Below are positions 55,199-64,000 of a DNA stretch of 64,000 nucleotides, piece after piece. Source of the stretch: Diplonema japonicum. Taxonomy: Eukaryota > Protista > Euglenozoa: Diplonemea. Location of the stretch: contig OZ025698.1 of the NCBI GenBank assembly GCA_964019335.1, forward strand, positions 248,001 to 312,000. The letters are read 5' to 3'. Below the pieces are notes generated by a model. The model was given only the letters and a program-made list of their open reading frames with translations. It searched no databases and had not been told where the DNA came from. A program made the translations under genes and the position numbers. Numbering within the stretch: the first letter of the stretch is position 1; each line of letters begins with the position of its first letter.

Positions 55199-56176
55199 TA
55201 GGGCTATGCTGGCATGGAAACGCGTTTCCATGCATTTTTTGAAAAAAAGGGAAACGGAAACGGAAACGTTTCCCTACTTTGGGGCCGTTTCCTTATTTTT
55301 TTGGGGGCAAATCACTCGGCAGAAATATACGAGACAAAGGGCCAGTGTTGGTGGCGCCCTGGGGAAATCTTCTGGGTTTCGATGAAGGATGCGATTGTGG
55401 CATCCATTTTTTGAACAGCGTCGTCAACCAGCCTTTCGCTCAGAGCTTTCCTGTCCGGTAGCTCGTACGTGGCCCCGAGCGGAAGGCGCTTCACCTTCTC
55501 AAACAGTGCCTTGAATGTTCTGTGAACAGAAAATATGAGAGGACACGAAATAGATAAACATCATACCGATGTTCGACCCTCAAAAATGGGGCCCCAGTTT
55601 CGAGAAAGAAATCCCGAACAGCCCTGTCCACGTCGTCTGGCGTGCTTGTAGCAGTTAAAAATGGCGTCATTGGCCTGTTCCCCACTTTACGCTTCTTCGT
55701 TCTCTCTGCCTCAGCCTTCGCCTCCGCTGTCGCTTTCTCCAACAGCTTCTTGTGGGGCTCCACACTATCCCCTTTGGGGACACACGTCGCTACTCCTTGG
55801 CCTTTTGTTTGGAACAGTGGGCGCGGAGTCTGCTGGTTGACGCTACTGTGAAGACCATATCACAGAAGCGGCATTTTACTGTCTTCTTCTTCCCATCCTC
55901 CGCCTGAACCTCCACCCCATCACAAAGCGCCTTCCAGAGGGTGCTTTCTCTGGACCATGTTTACTTTCGTTTTTGTAGAGACCGACGTGCGCTTTCCTTG
56001 TATACCCCAAAAGTAAGTATCTTCAAAAACCCCAAATAAATAAGGACCTTCTAAACAGTGTTTACCGAAATATACATAGCCGTTTCCATAACCATGGAAA
56101 CGCGTTTCCATGAGAATTTTGAAAACATGGAAACGGAAACGGAAACGTTTCCACGTTTCCTGCCAGCATAGCCCTA
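55199..56176 (-). mobile_element. Internally deleted hAT DNA transposon with a transposase remnant
   Basis: Perfect 16-bp TIRs TAGGGCTATGCTGGCA; subterminal GGAAAC repeats. After removing intron 55520-55566 the minus strand reads DDVDRAVRDFFLETGAPFLRVEHRTFKALFEKVKRLPLGATYELPDRKALSERLVDD (hAT N-terminal region). Confidence 0.85.
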
Positions 56177-56616
56177 GGGGGGGTCATATGGTCCTTAAAA
56201 AGGGCCACTTTTTGCCCTTTTTCAGGCTCTTCGCCAAGGGCATTTTGGGCCCTTAAAAAAACTGTAACCACCCCAAAAGTGCCCACAAATCACCCAAACC
56301 CCCGTTTCCCGATGGTTTCCGGCCCCAAAAGTGCCCAGAATCATGTTCTAATTTTGGGGCCCCCGTTTGGTACTTTCCCTATGTAATCCTAGGGGCCCCT
56401 ATTTTATGTTCCCTAGGATTACATAGGGAAAGTACCAAACGGGGCCCCCAAAATTAGAACATGATTCTGGGCACTTTTGGGGCCGGAAACCATCGGGAAA
56501 CGGGTTTGGGTGATTTGTGGGCACTTTTGGGGTGGTTACAGTTTTTTTAAGGGCCCAAAATGCCCTTGGCGAAGAGCCTGAAAAAGGGCAAATAACGACC
56601 CCCTTATGACCCCCCC
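56177..56616. mobile_element. Foldback MITE (near-perfect 440-bp palindrome)
   Basis: ~185-bp near-perfect inverted arms around a short loop near 56395-56410; termini G7TCATA...TATGAC7; TA on both flanks. A diverged partial arm lies at ~54640-54755. Confidence 0.9.
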
Positions 56617-56742
56617 TACCCCCCCGTGTTCTCGGTTGATGGGTTCACCTCCCGAACTGCTTTTCCCTCGGTCTTCCAGATGAATACGGGCAAAACTAGC
56701 GTGCTTAGGTGCAGACAGGGGAAGCTGGGGGAAAATCACACA

Positions 56743-56780
<38 letters not shown>

Positions 56781-57324
56781 ATCAACAGGCCCAGATTCAT
56801 CAGGCAACCACTTGATTAGCCGAGTCCCGCGATTTTCCCTACAGTGGAGGGTCTCGATGCTCGAAAAATAGGAGATTTTTCGCAAGCCCCACATGAAAAA
56901 AAAAGGGGGGGGTGGATAATAAAAAGGGGAGCCGCTGCTAACTCCTAAATCTATTCTCGCTTTCTTACAATCCCACTCATCATGTTTTGTTGCTACCCTT
57001 TCCAGGGTTGCCAGCCCCTCCCCCCTTTTTTTTTCACTCAGTTCACCGTAAGGGGGGATGTACCCCAGCCCTGTGTTCGGTGTCTTAATATAAATTGCTC
57101 TGCAGCAATGAACACATGAGAGCAATGGAAGAAAACAAAGAAGTTTAAAGAAAATAAGAACGTTCCCTTTTGTTTACACAAGACAAGACGAAGACTCGTT
57201 CTTGCAAAAAAAAAAAAAAAAAAAAAAAAAAAACAAAACAGTTCCGTCCCGTGTGCGCTTATTTCTTCTCAACAACAAAACAAAAAAAAAAAAAAAAAAA
57301 AATAACTATTTATTGCCAACAAAT

Positions 57325-57875
57325 AATGAGTCATTATTTAACTCGAGTTCCCGAATTTTTTGCACGAGGGCCCGCAGGGCCCGAGTGCAAAAAAACGGGT
57401 AACGAGTGTTAAATAATGGCTCATTTGGCGGCAAGTAAGTCGTTTTATTTCACTCTTCGTCATTTGAGTCACTCACTCTTCACTGCTTTCACTGCTGTTT
57501 TTTTTCACGCAGGTCAGCTTTTTGGGGATTTTCCTAAGGTAATACAGGGTAGCTATTTCGCCGTGGCATTTAAAGGGGAAGTAAGGCACTTATTCCCACT
57601 TTTAAGGGCTGGAATGGCCTCAGATGGCCAAAAATAGTCAAAATACCCCCACCCCAAAAAAATTTTTCAAGGGGTTGGGTGCATTTTTTTCCACGACAAG
57701 ACCCATTTTTTCACTCTGAAGGGCCATTATTTAACTGCAAAATCTCATTATTTAACTAGTTAAATAATGGCGATTTCGCGTTAAATAATGGCCGTTTCGC
57801 GTTAAATAATGGCCATTTCGCGTTAAATAATGAGGCCCCTAGTGAGTGAAGAAAATGACGAAGAGTGAAATAAAA
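57325..57875. mobile_element. Non-autonomous palindromic element (possibly Crypton-like)
   Basis: 100-nt hairpin 57325-57425; second inverted pair 57444-57466/57853-57875; tandem 21-bp gttaaataatggc repeats at 57759-57832. Confidence 0.55.
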
Positions 57876-58128
57876 AAAAAAAGAGAGAGAGAGAAAAAAG
57901 CTAAGGTTTGATTTTGCACCTCGCACGGGTACCCCTTTCTTTTCATTTTATCCCCCATGGATGCATATCCTCCATGTCTACTTTTCAACCAACTATCGCA
58001 TTTTTTTTTTTATTTCACGGTGGAAGGAAGAAAAGAAGGGGCAGAAAACTGGCAGTCCCAGTGACACATATTTTTTATTTGTAAGTTTATCTGAAACTGC
58101 CAAGGGGAAGAAAAAAAAAATGACTATT

Positions 58129-58249
58129 TATTAAATAAAAATCAGATTACCTGATTTTTACGAGGAATTTTTTTTTTTTTCACGAGTAATTCAAAAAAAC
58201 GAGTGAAAAAAAAAATTCCGAGTAAAAATCTGGCTGATTTTATTTAATA
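58129..58249. repeat. Imperfect palindrome with the same architecture as 57325-57425
   Basis: tattaaataaaaatcag..ttacgag..cacgag / cgagtg..cgagtaa..ctgattttatttaata. Confidence 0.7.
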
Positions 58250-58265
58250 TGATACTTTATTTAAT

Positions 58266-58347
58266 GCGCAGCTCGGCCGGTGAGCGCAAAAACGCATACC
58301 TTAAAAGCGCAGCTCGGCCGGTGAGCGCAAAAACGCATACCTTAAAA
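58266..58347. repeat. Perfect 41-bp tandem duplication
   Basis: gcgcagctcggccggtgagcgcaaaaacgcataccttaaaa x2. Confidence 0.95.
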
Positions 58348-58841
58348 GAATAGTTTAATTTTTGTAAAGTTAAATGAGGAAATTTCGGACACTGTCAGCG
58401 GCCACCAGATGCAAAAAATGAAGACGAATGCCGAAAAAGCCCGAAAATTGCTCAGAGTAAAAATCAGATTTTACTTTATTTTTACAGCACTTTTTTAAGC
58501 CAAATTCGGCCGCCGTTACTTTATTTTTATTCTTCACTTTATTTTTACTCGTGAACGATAAAGTGATTTCTGATTTTTATGGCTCTTTAGGAATTTCCTC
58601 ATGTAACTTTACAGAATTAAATAAAAAAAAAAAAAAAACCTATTCCCCCTCTCTCTCCCTCTCTTTCCTCCCTATTTTTCATAAACAGTTGTAATTTTAT
58701 AATAATTAGCCCCACCCCCCCCAAAAAAAAAGCATAGGTGACCATCAGAGGCCTTTTTATTTTCCCCTCTCTTTTTTTGTTTCCTGGAAAAAAAAACCAA
58801 AAAAAAGGGGGGGGGTGATGCGATATTAAAAAAAAAAAAAA

Positions 58842-59888
58842 ATGGAGCACTCTGTTTCAAGGTACACCTTGGGCCTCATCCTAATTGTACTGGTGGCCTT
58901 TATATGGGTTGGGGCGAGCGAGCTGATTAAAGGGGAGATTCTGACAGAAACAGGGCCGGTGTTTCTGACATATTTCAACACGGTGGGGTTCAGTCTGTGG
59001 TTGCTGGGCGGGCTCTGTGTCGAGGAGTGGAGAACTGAGGTGAAAAAATGGAGAGAATATTCCAAGCCGGTGTGGTTGTTCACACCCGTCTGGTTTCTGG
59101 CCAACGTAACCTTCAATGCCTCTTTGAAGCAAACCTCCGTTGCCTCAAGCGGAATCCTCTCCAACACAGCGGCACTATGGACATACATATTATCAGTGGT
59201 CATTCTAAAGGACCCAATCACCACCAATGGTGTGATCGCACTTTTGTTCACCTCTGCTGGGGCGGTGTGTGTAGCACTTTCCGATGATAAACAGGAAAGC
59301 GGTTCCTCTGCTTCAACAGAAACTGTTTTCGGTGATGTTCTCTGTTTGGTGTCGGCTTTTTGCTATGCGATTTACACACTGCTCCTCCGTGTGTACATGC
59401 CGGAGCATTTGAAAATGCCGGTTTTTTTCGGGTTTGTCGGGGTTTCCGTGTTGGTGGTAGGAACGCCTATTGCGTTGATCTTCATTTTAACCGGTGTTGA
59501 ACCGTTCAGCCTGTCGCCCAAGCTTCTTTTGATGCTTGGAGTGAACTCGCTAGTTGGGACAAATCTATCTGATGTGCTGTGGGCGCGTTCGGTTCTTCTC
59601 ACATCGCCCACCGTTGCCGCGCTCGGCCTGTCACTCACCATCCCAATCGGTTTGGTGGCAGATATGTTCCTCCACGGATCTACGTATACCGCACAGTACA
59701 TCTCTGGCGCGTTACTCGTTCTTGTTGGGTTTGTGGTGATTAATGTGAAACGGAATACCAACGCCGAAGAAAATCCTTCCACGCATATTCAACACAACAG
59801 TGATTGCTCCTGCGAGGAGGACGAGGAAGACGCGGAGGAGGAAGAGGAAATTGAACACGAACAGTCATCACCTATCGTTCACATATAA
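58842..59888 (+). CDS. SLC35F5/THI74-like EamA (DMT) transporter
   Basis: 10 TM; WFLANVTFNASLKQTSVASSGILS, GDVLCLVSAFCYAIY, LSDVLWARSVLLTSP, GLSLTIP. Confidence 0.88.
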   Translation: MEHSVSRYTLGLILIVLVAFIWVGASELIKGEILTETGPVFLTYFNTVGFSLWLLGGLCVEEWRTEVKKWREYSKPVWLFTPVWFLANVTFNASLKQTSVASSGILSNTAALWTYILSVVILKDPITTNGVIALLFTSAGAVCVALSDDKQESGSSASTETVFGDVLCLVSAFCYAIYTLLLRVYMPEHLKMPVFFGFVGVSVLVVGTPIALIFILTGVEPFSLSPKLLLMLGVNSLVGTNLSDVLWARSVLLTSPTVAALGLSLTIPIGLVADMFLHGSTYTAQYISGALLVLVGFVVINVKRNTNAEENPSTHIQHNSDCSCEEDEEDAEEEEEIEHEQSSPIVHI

Positions 59889-60118
59889 CTTCTCTTTCCC
59901 TTTTTTTTTTTTTTTTTCTGGACGACGTCGTTCAGAACCTTCCTTCAGTAAGCATTTAACATGACCTATCCTTTTGGCTTAAATGAAATGGAGGGGAGGG
60001 GTGAGGGGTATATATATTGTATCTTTTCTTCTTCTTTTGTTTTTTTTTTTCTTCGTACCCGTCATATCCATACCTCAGAGGGGGAGAATAAGAGGGGGGG
60101 AAAAAAAAAAAAAAAAAG

Positions 60119-61681
60119 ATGATTACCCCACGCTTCGTGTTGACGCAGGATCACAACTTTGTCATCATCACCATGAAGCTGAAACATGTGAAGATATCAG
60201 AGCTGCAGTTTGTGGTGGAGGGGAACCGTATGACCTTCCACGCGAAGCCGTATTTTTTGAGGCTGACCTTTGACCAAGAGATCATGGATGACGAAAGCGG
60301 GAAAGCATCCTTCGATGTGGAAAGGGAGGAGATGAAAGTCCTCGTCCCGAAGAAGAACAAGGGCGAGGTGTTCACAGACCTCGACTGCCTCACGAAGCTT
60401 CTAAGCACAGAAACGGAAAGGAAGAAGATGGTCCAGGAGATCGGAGATTCTGACGACGAAGAAGAGTTTGACTATGAGACGCGTCAGATTTTCCCAAACG
60501 ATGCTTGTCTGGACGAATACTACGGGTTTAATGAGGAATTTACGAACTTTTTCTCGTCCACATCGACAGAGCTCCCGTTGACCGAGGTCAGCGTGGATTC
60601 GACTCCCCACATGCAGCGAATCAACAAAATGCGGCAAGACGAAGGGGAGCAGTTCATCAAGGACGCCGACCACTACCTGACAGACTATATGGAACCCGAC
60701 GAGATCAAGCAACTTCTGTCCACCCGCCCTGTCTACTACTCCACCACCGCGTCGCCCCCTTCATGGGACGCTCTTGCACAACTCGGAATGGAACCGCAAT
60801 CACGTTCTGTTAAAGGCGGTGTTGAGGTCATGGACACCGACGATGATGAAACATCCGAAGAATCTGAATCGACATCATCCGAAGAACAAGAACCGGTGCA
60901 GCAACAACAAGATGGGGAACCATCACAGCGTGCCTTTACAAATCCCGGGGATATCGGGCGGACGGAATTTACTACCGGTGGCGGGTTGACCGGATTCATC
61001 AGCACCTCATGGTCGGCGGAGGAAACAAATCTGGACAAGGACGACGGCGTGCGCGAAGAAATGCCCCCTGCACCCGACGCAATGTCTGAGGAGATGGCCT
61101 CTTGGGAGAAGGAACAACTCCTTCGCCTTCCCAAGAAACGATACCTTGTGACCAAAGAAGAGGAAGTTATGGCAGGTCTAGTCGATCTTCTTTCTGCATA
61201 TTGCTACGACCACATTACTACTGAAGGTGAGGGGAACACAGAATCTGTCTGGACGTATACAAAACTTTCACCGTCGCTGTCTTATGTGGTGAAACTGCCG
61301 ACTCTGCGACATGCTGTGATATGCTTCTTGCGTCGTGCAGTAACATTTCCTCTTCACAGGCATCTCAACCTCGCCAAGAGATGTGTTTGGGACGTGGCGC
61401 ATTTGCTCTCCTCTGGGAGTAAGATGCAGATCGTTCGATGCCTTCTTCGGATGAAGTGGCACATCGATCACGATGACAGCAAGTACCCCCTCTCCAACTT
61501 GTACCTTGCCCCCTATGCTACTTGGGTCCAGTCCCTCTCCGTTGAAACTTTGCAGCGGTACGGTGCTTCCCTCGTTTCCATCCTTTCCGCCGTCAAGAAA
61601 TCCGATCTGGGCCTTCCTCTCGCTGAAATGGAAGCCCTTGCTGAGATTCATGGTCTTGATGATCCACCGCAAGCGGAGTAG
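60119..61681 (+). CDS. SHQ1: SHQ1 H/ACA RNP assembly factor
   Basis: MITPRF..Q, PYFLRLTF, YGFN, LVDLLSAYCYD, EGNTESVWT..KLSPSLS, RRAVTFPLHRH. Confidence 0.93.
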   Translation: MITPRFVLTQDHNFVIITMKLKHVKISELQFVVEGNRMTFHAKPYFLRLTFDQEIMDDESGKASFDVEREEMKVLVPKKNKGEVFTDLDCLTKLLSTETERKKMVQEIGDSDDEEEFDYETRQIFPNDACLDEYYGFNEEFTNFFSSTSTELPLTEVSVDSTPHMQRINKMRQDEGEQFIKDADHYLTDYMEPDEIKQLLSTRPVYYSTTASPPSWDALAQLGMEPQSRSVKGGVEVMDTDDDETSEESESTSSEEQEPVQQQQDGEPSQRAFTNPGDIGRTEFTTGGGLTGFISTSWSAEETNLDKDDGVREEMPPAPDAMSEEMASWEKEQLLRLPKKRYLVTKEEEVMAGLVDLLSAYCYDHITTEGEGNTESVWTYTKLSPSLSYVVKLPTLRHAVICFLRRAVTFPLHRHLNLAKRCVWDVAHLLSSGSKMQIVRCLLRMKWHIDHDDSKYPLSNLYLAPYATWVQSLSVETLQRYGASLVSILSAVKKSDLGLPLAEMEALAEIHGLDDPPQAE

Positions 61682-61831
61682 GCTAGCTGTCCTCGCCACT
61701 CTCACCAATAATATTTTTTTTTTTTTTTTTGTTTTCCCAATCACACTCCCCTTTCATCAGGTCAAAGAAGACGAGAAGAAAATAAACTGCGTACTGTTGG
61801 TTCTTTATGTTTTTTTATTTCTTTTTTTTCG

Positions 61832-61865
<34 letters not shown>

Positions 61866-61977
61866 TTTGTCTATGCCTAATACAACCTCGTGATATCTTT
61901 TTTAAGGAAGGGGGTTTAAGGAAGGAAACATAAAGAGAGGCAAAAAAAAAAAAAAAAATAATAACTTGTGCAACAAC

Positions 61978-63093
61978 ATGAGAAATAATTCAAGGACCCA
62001 AAGGCAGAGCAACCCGCGACAAAGCAGACGGAGAGAGGAACAGCCAGAACAGCCGAAGGAGGTAGAGTGCGGGGAGTGTGGGGGCATGACGGACAAAAAG
62101 AAGTCCCATTGTATGGTGTGCAAGCTGCCGTACGTAGCAGCGATTCCTGCAGACTTCGACTGCGGTGAGCTAGGAGAAGCACCGGAGCTAAGCACAGCAG
62201 AGGTACAGATAGCCACTGCAACTCCGAGACAAAACGAGATATATGTACCAAGTGTATCGCAACCTATAAGGGAAAAGGCACCATCTCCCGTACCAACGCC
62301 AGCACCGATACCTAGGATATTAACCCCTACACCGACACCAGTCGTAGTGTCCACTTCATCACCAAGCCCACCCCCTGTTGTGCCTCAAATAGCAAAAGCA
62401 ACCCCTGTCCCCATTGTCCCAACCTCAACATCGCAAGATTACACTGCTAATGACGATATCTATGTACCGAGCCCTGTGGTGATGCCACCGGTGCAAAGTG
62501 TTCAGACGGCAAAGATTACTCCGAGTAAACAGGTGGAGCTGTCGTTTCCAACAAGTACCCCGCCTGCCAAAAGGCCTCGTCCGGACACCGCTTCAGCTGG
62601 TGTCAAGATTCGCCCTTCTGGTCTGTGGCAGGTCCACGTGACAGGGTTTCCGCATCACATTCTCGACATCAACGAGGCGAAGCAGGTGTTCCCCAAGGCA
62701 ACGTGTACCATTGCTGACGAGCCGAATACGGGGTTTATAGATTTCAAGAACCCGTTTGAAATGCGGGAGGCGATGGAAACCCCTGTAGCGGGGCTGTGCG
62801 TGACGCGCTCGTGGAGGACCTCCAACGACACAAGGGTGTATTATGAGCTTATTGGCGCGCCTCGTCCTGACGCCTCCACTCTGCGTAAAGAGCTGCAGCC
62901 TGTCAATCTCGACACGTCTAACAGGCTCCTCACCTTCAGCACTCCTGTAGACGCGCGCATGGCGGTGGCAAAGTTCAGCAGGCGGTCTCTCGAACATTAC
63001 CCGCGCTGCACCATAGAGTTCTCCCCTTACGACAGAGACATCCCTCCCACCGATGCCGAGTGCAGTCCGTACAGCACTAGTGTTACTGTGTAA
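61978..63093 (+). CDS. Hypothetical protein: CxxC-CxxC zinc ribbon, Pro/Thr-rich linker, possible degenerate RRM-like C-terminus
   Basis: CGECGG..CMVC; VHVTGFP..GFIDF. Confidence 0.7.
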   Translation: MRNNSRTQRQSNPRQSRRREEQPEQPKEVECGECGGMTDKKKSHCMVCKLPYVAAIPADFDCGELGEAPELSTAEVQIATATPRQNEIYVPSVSQPIREKAPSPVPTPAPIPRILTPTPTPVVVSTSSPSPPPVVPQIAKATPVPIVPTSTSQDYTANDDIYVPSPVVMPPVQSVQTAKITPSKQVELSFPTSTPPAKRPRPDTASAGVKIRPSGLWQVHVTGFPHHILDINEAKQVFPKATCTIADEPNTGFIDFKNPFEMREAMETPVAGLCVTRSWRTSNDTRVYYELIGAPRPDASTLRKELQPVNLDTSNRLLTFSTPVDARMAVAKFSRRSLEHYPRCTIEFSPYDRDIPPTDAECSPYSTSVTV

Positions 63094-64000
63094 AGAAAGG
63101 CGGGGCTTTTTTTTTTTTTTTCGTAAATTCAGAAAGTCAGTTCATTTTTTTTCTTTTTTAGAGGCTGTCCTCAAGTGAGAATGTCTTTTTTTTACTTTTA
63201 TTGGTTTTCTGTTTTTCTTCTTCTTTTTATTTTCTTATTTTGTTGCTTGCTGTCTCAGCTGTTTAGGTGATGGAAGCATCCGGCACGAGCCATAAGGCCT
63301 TGCACTGTCCCTTCGACCGTCGCATGTCTTTGTCCATCATGTCGGCCGGTGATATGTTCCAGGATGTAGCAATGTCAATTTGTAGAGGTGGTGGGGCTTC
63401 CGAGCTCGGTGGTTTTCGACCACGGGTTGGTGCGTAGTAGCCCTGAGGACTGTCTGGTCTCTCGGGTGATCCTCCGCGTCGTGAGCTAACTGTGGTATTT
63501 TATTTTGTGGGCAACGCAGGCATATCGAAGCCGTAGATTACGGGGATGCCAACCGGTGCTAATGGCACTCAAAACAGAGTATGAGGTTTCCGTGGGAGGT
63601 GGGCTAAGGCCTCCACATCGGTTTCTGTTTTAAACTTGCACCACTTTCCAAGGCAGGGATGGAGAAATGGCGACACACCACGTGCACAGTGACGCAAGAG
63701 TTTGTAGACAACGGACACAGCTTGGGGATCGTGAGGGGGCGGTACCGTGCAGGGGTCGCACACAAAGATGGGAAAAGCCTGGTGGGGGTAACAGGAGTGG
63801 TGGTTGGTGATGGGAAGCTGTTGGTACCAAGCAGCGTGCTGGGGTGGGGTGTGTGCAAGGGAGAGGTTTTTGTAGTAGCAGTCGACGGCAGGAAACAAAA
63901 AGCGAGGGTTCTAGACGTGCTTGCTGAAGAAGAGCAAAACTGGGAATCGCAGCGACCAAAGAGAGATCTGTCAAAGATCAGTTTACACGATCCTGCGAGC

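Noticed and set aside
57759-57832. Short direct repeats considered as a CRISPR array
   Set aside because: Contiguous tandem units with no spacers, no cas genes, eukaryotic context.
63585-63605. Minus-strand acctcccacgg, an HDV-like core motif
   Set aside because: Lacks P1 pairing, the GG for P1.1 and J4/2.

Overview
Eukaryotic, gene-dense window, most likely from a diplonemid-like euglenozoan (inferred, not proven). All ~23 recognisable host protein genes lie on the + strand, in the manner of a polycistronic directional cluster. Introns are GT-AG, mostly tiny (33-81 nt) and often A-rich, and intergenic DNA is full of homopolymer runs. Genes include TatD, AP5S1, a degenerate DEAH-helicase/SURP/zinc-knuckle protein, RRP7-like, a four-domain voltage-gated Ca/Na channel, PPP4R2, a Ubl-BspA-LRR protein, a giant TMC-like channel, a Ubl-ankyrin protein, a GH43-clan-like propeller, a receptor-type adenylate cyclase, an SLC35F5-like transporter and SHQ1. 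The most notable signal is non-coding. Four HDV-like (double-pseudoknot) self-cleaving ribozymes, hand-folded from the sequence, each form the exact 5' end of a short (320-520 nt) non-coding element sitting between T-runs, all in the sense orientation. Two are in tandem (17023, 17502) and two are ~98% identical dispersed copies (45333, 54065). One of the latter is fused directly behind a full-length U6 snRNA. The 53-58.5 kb region is a repeat nest: a split and inverted 28S rRNA 5' fragment, an internally deleted hAT transposon, a 440-bp foldback MITE inserted in the hAT terminus, and hairpins carrying tandem G.A mismatch motifs. No folding software or database search was run.
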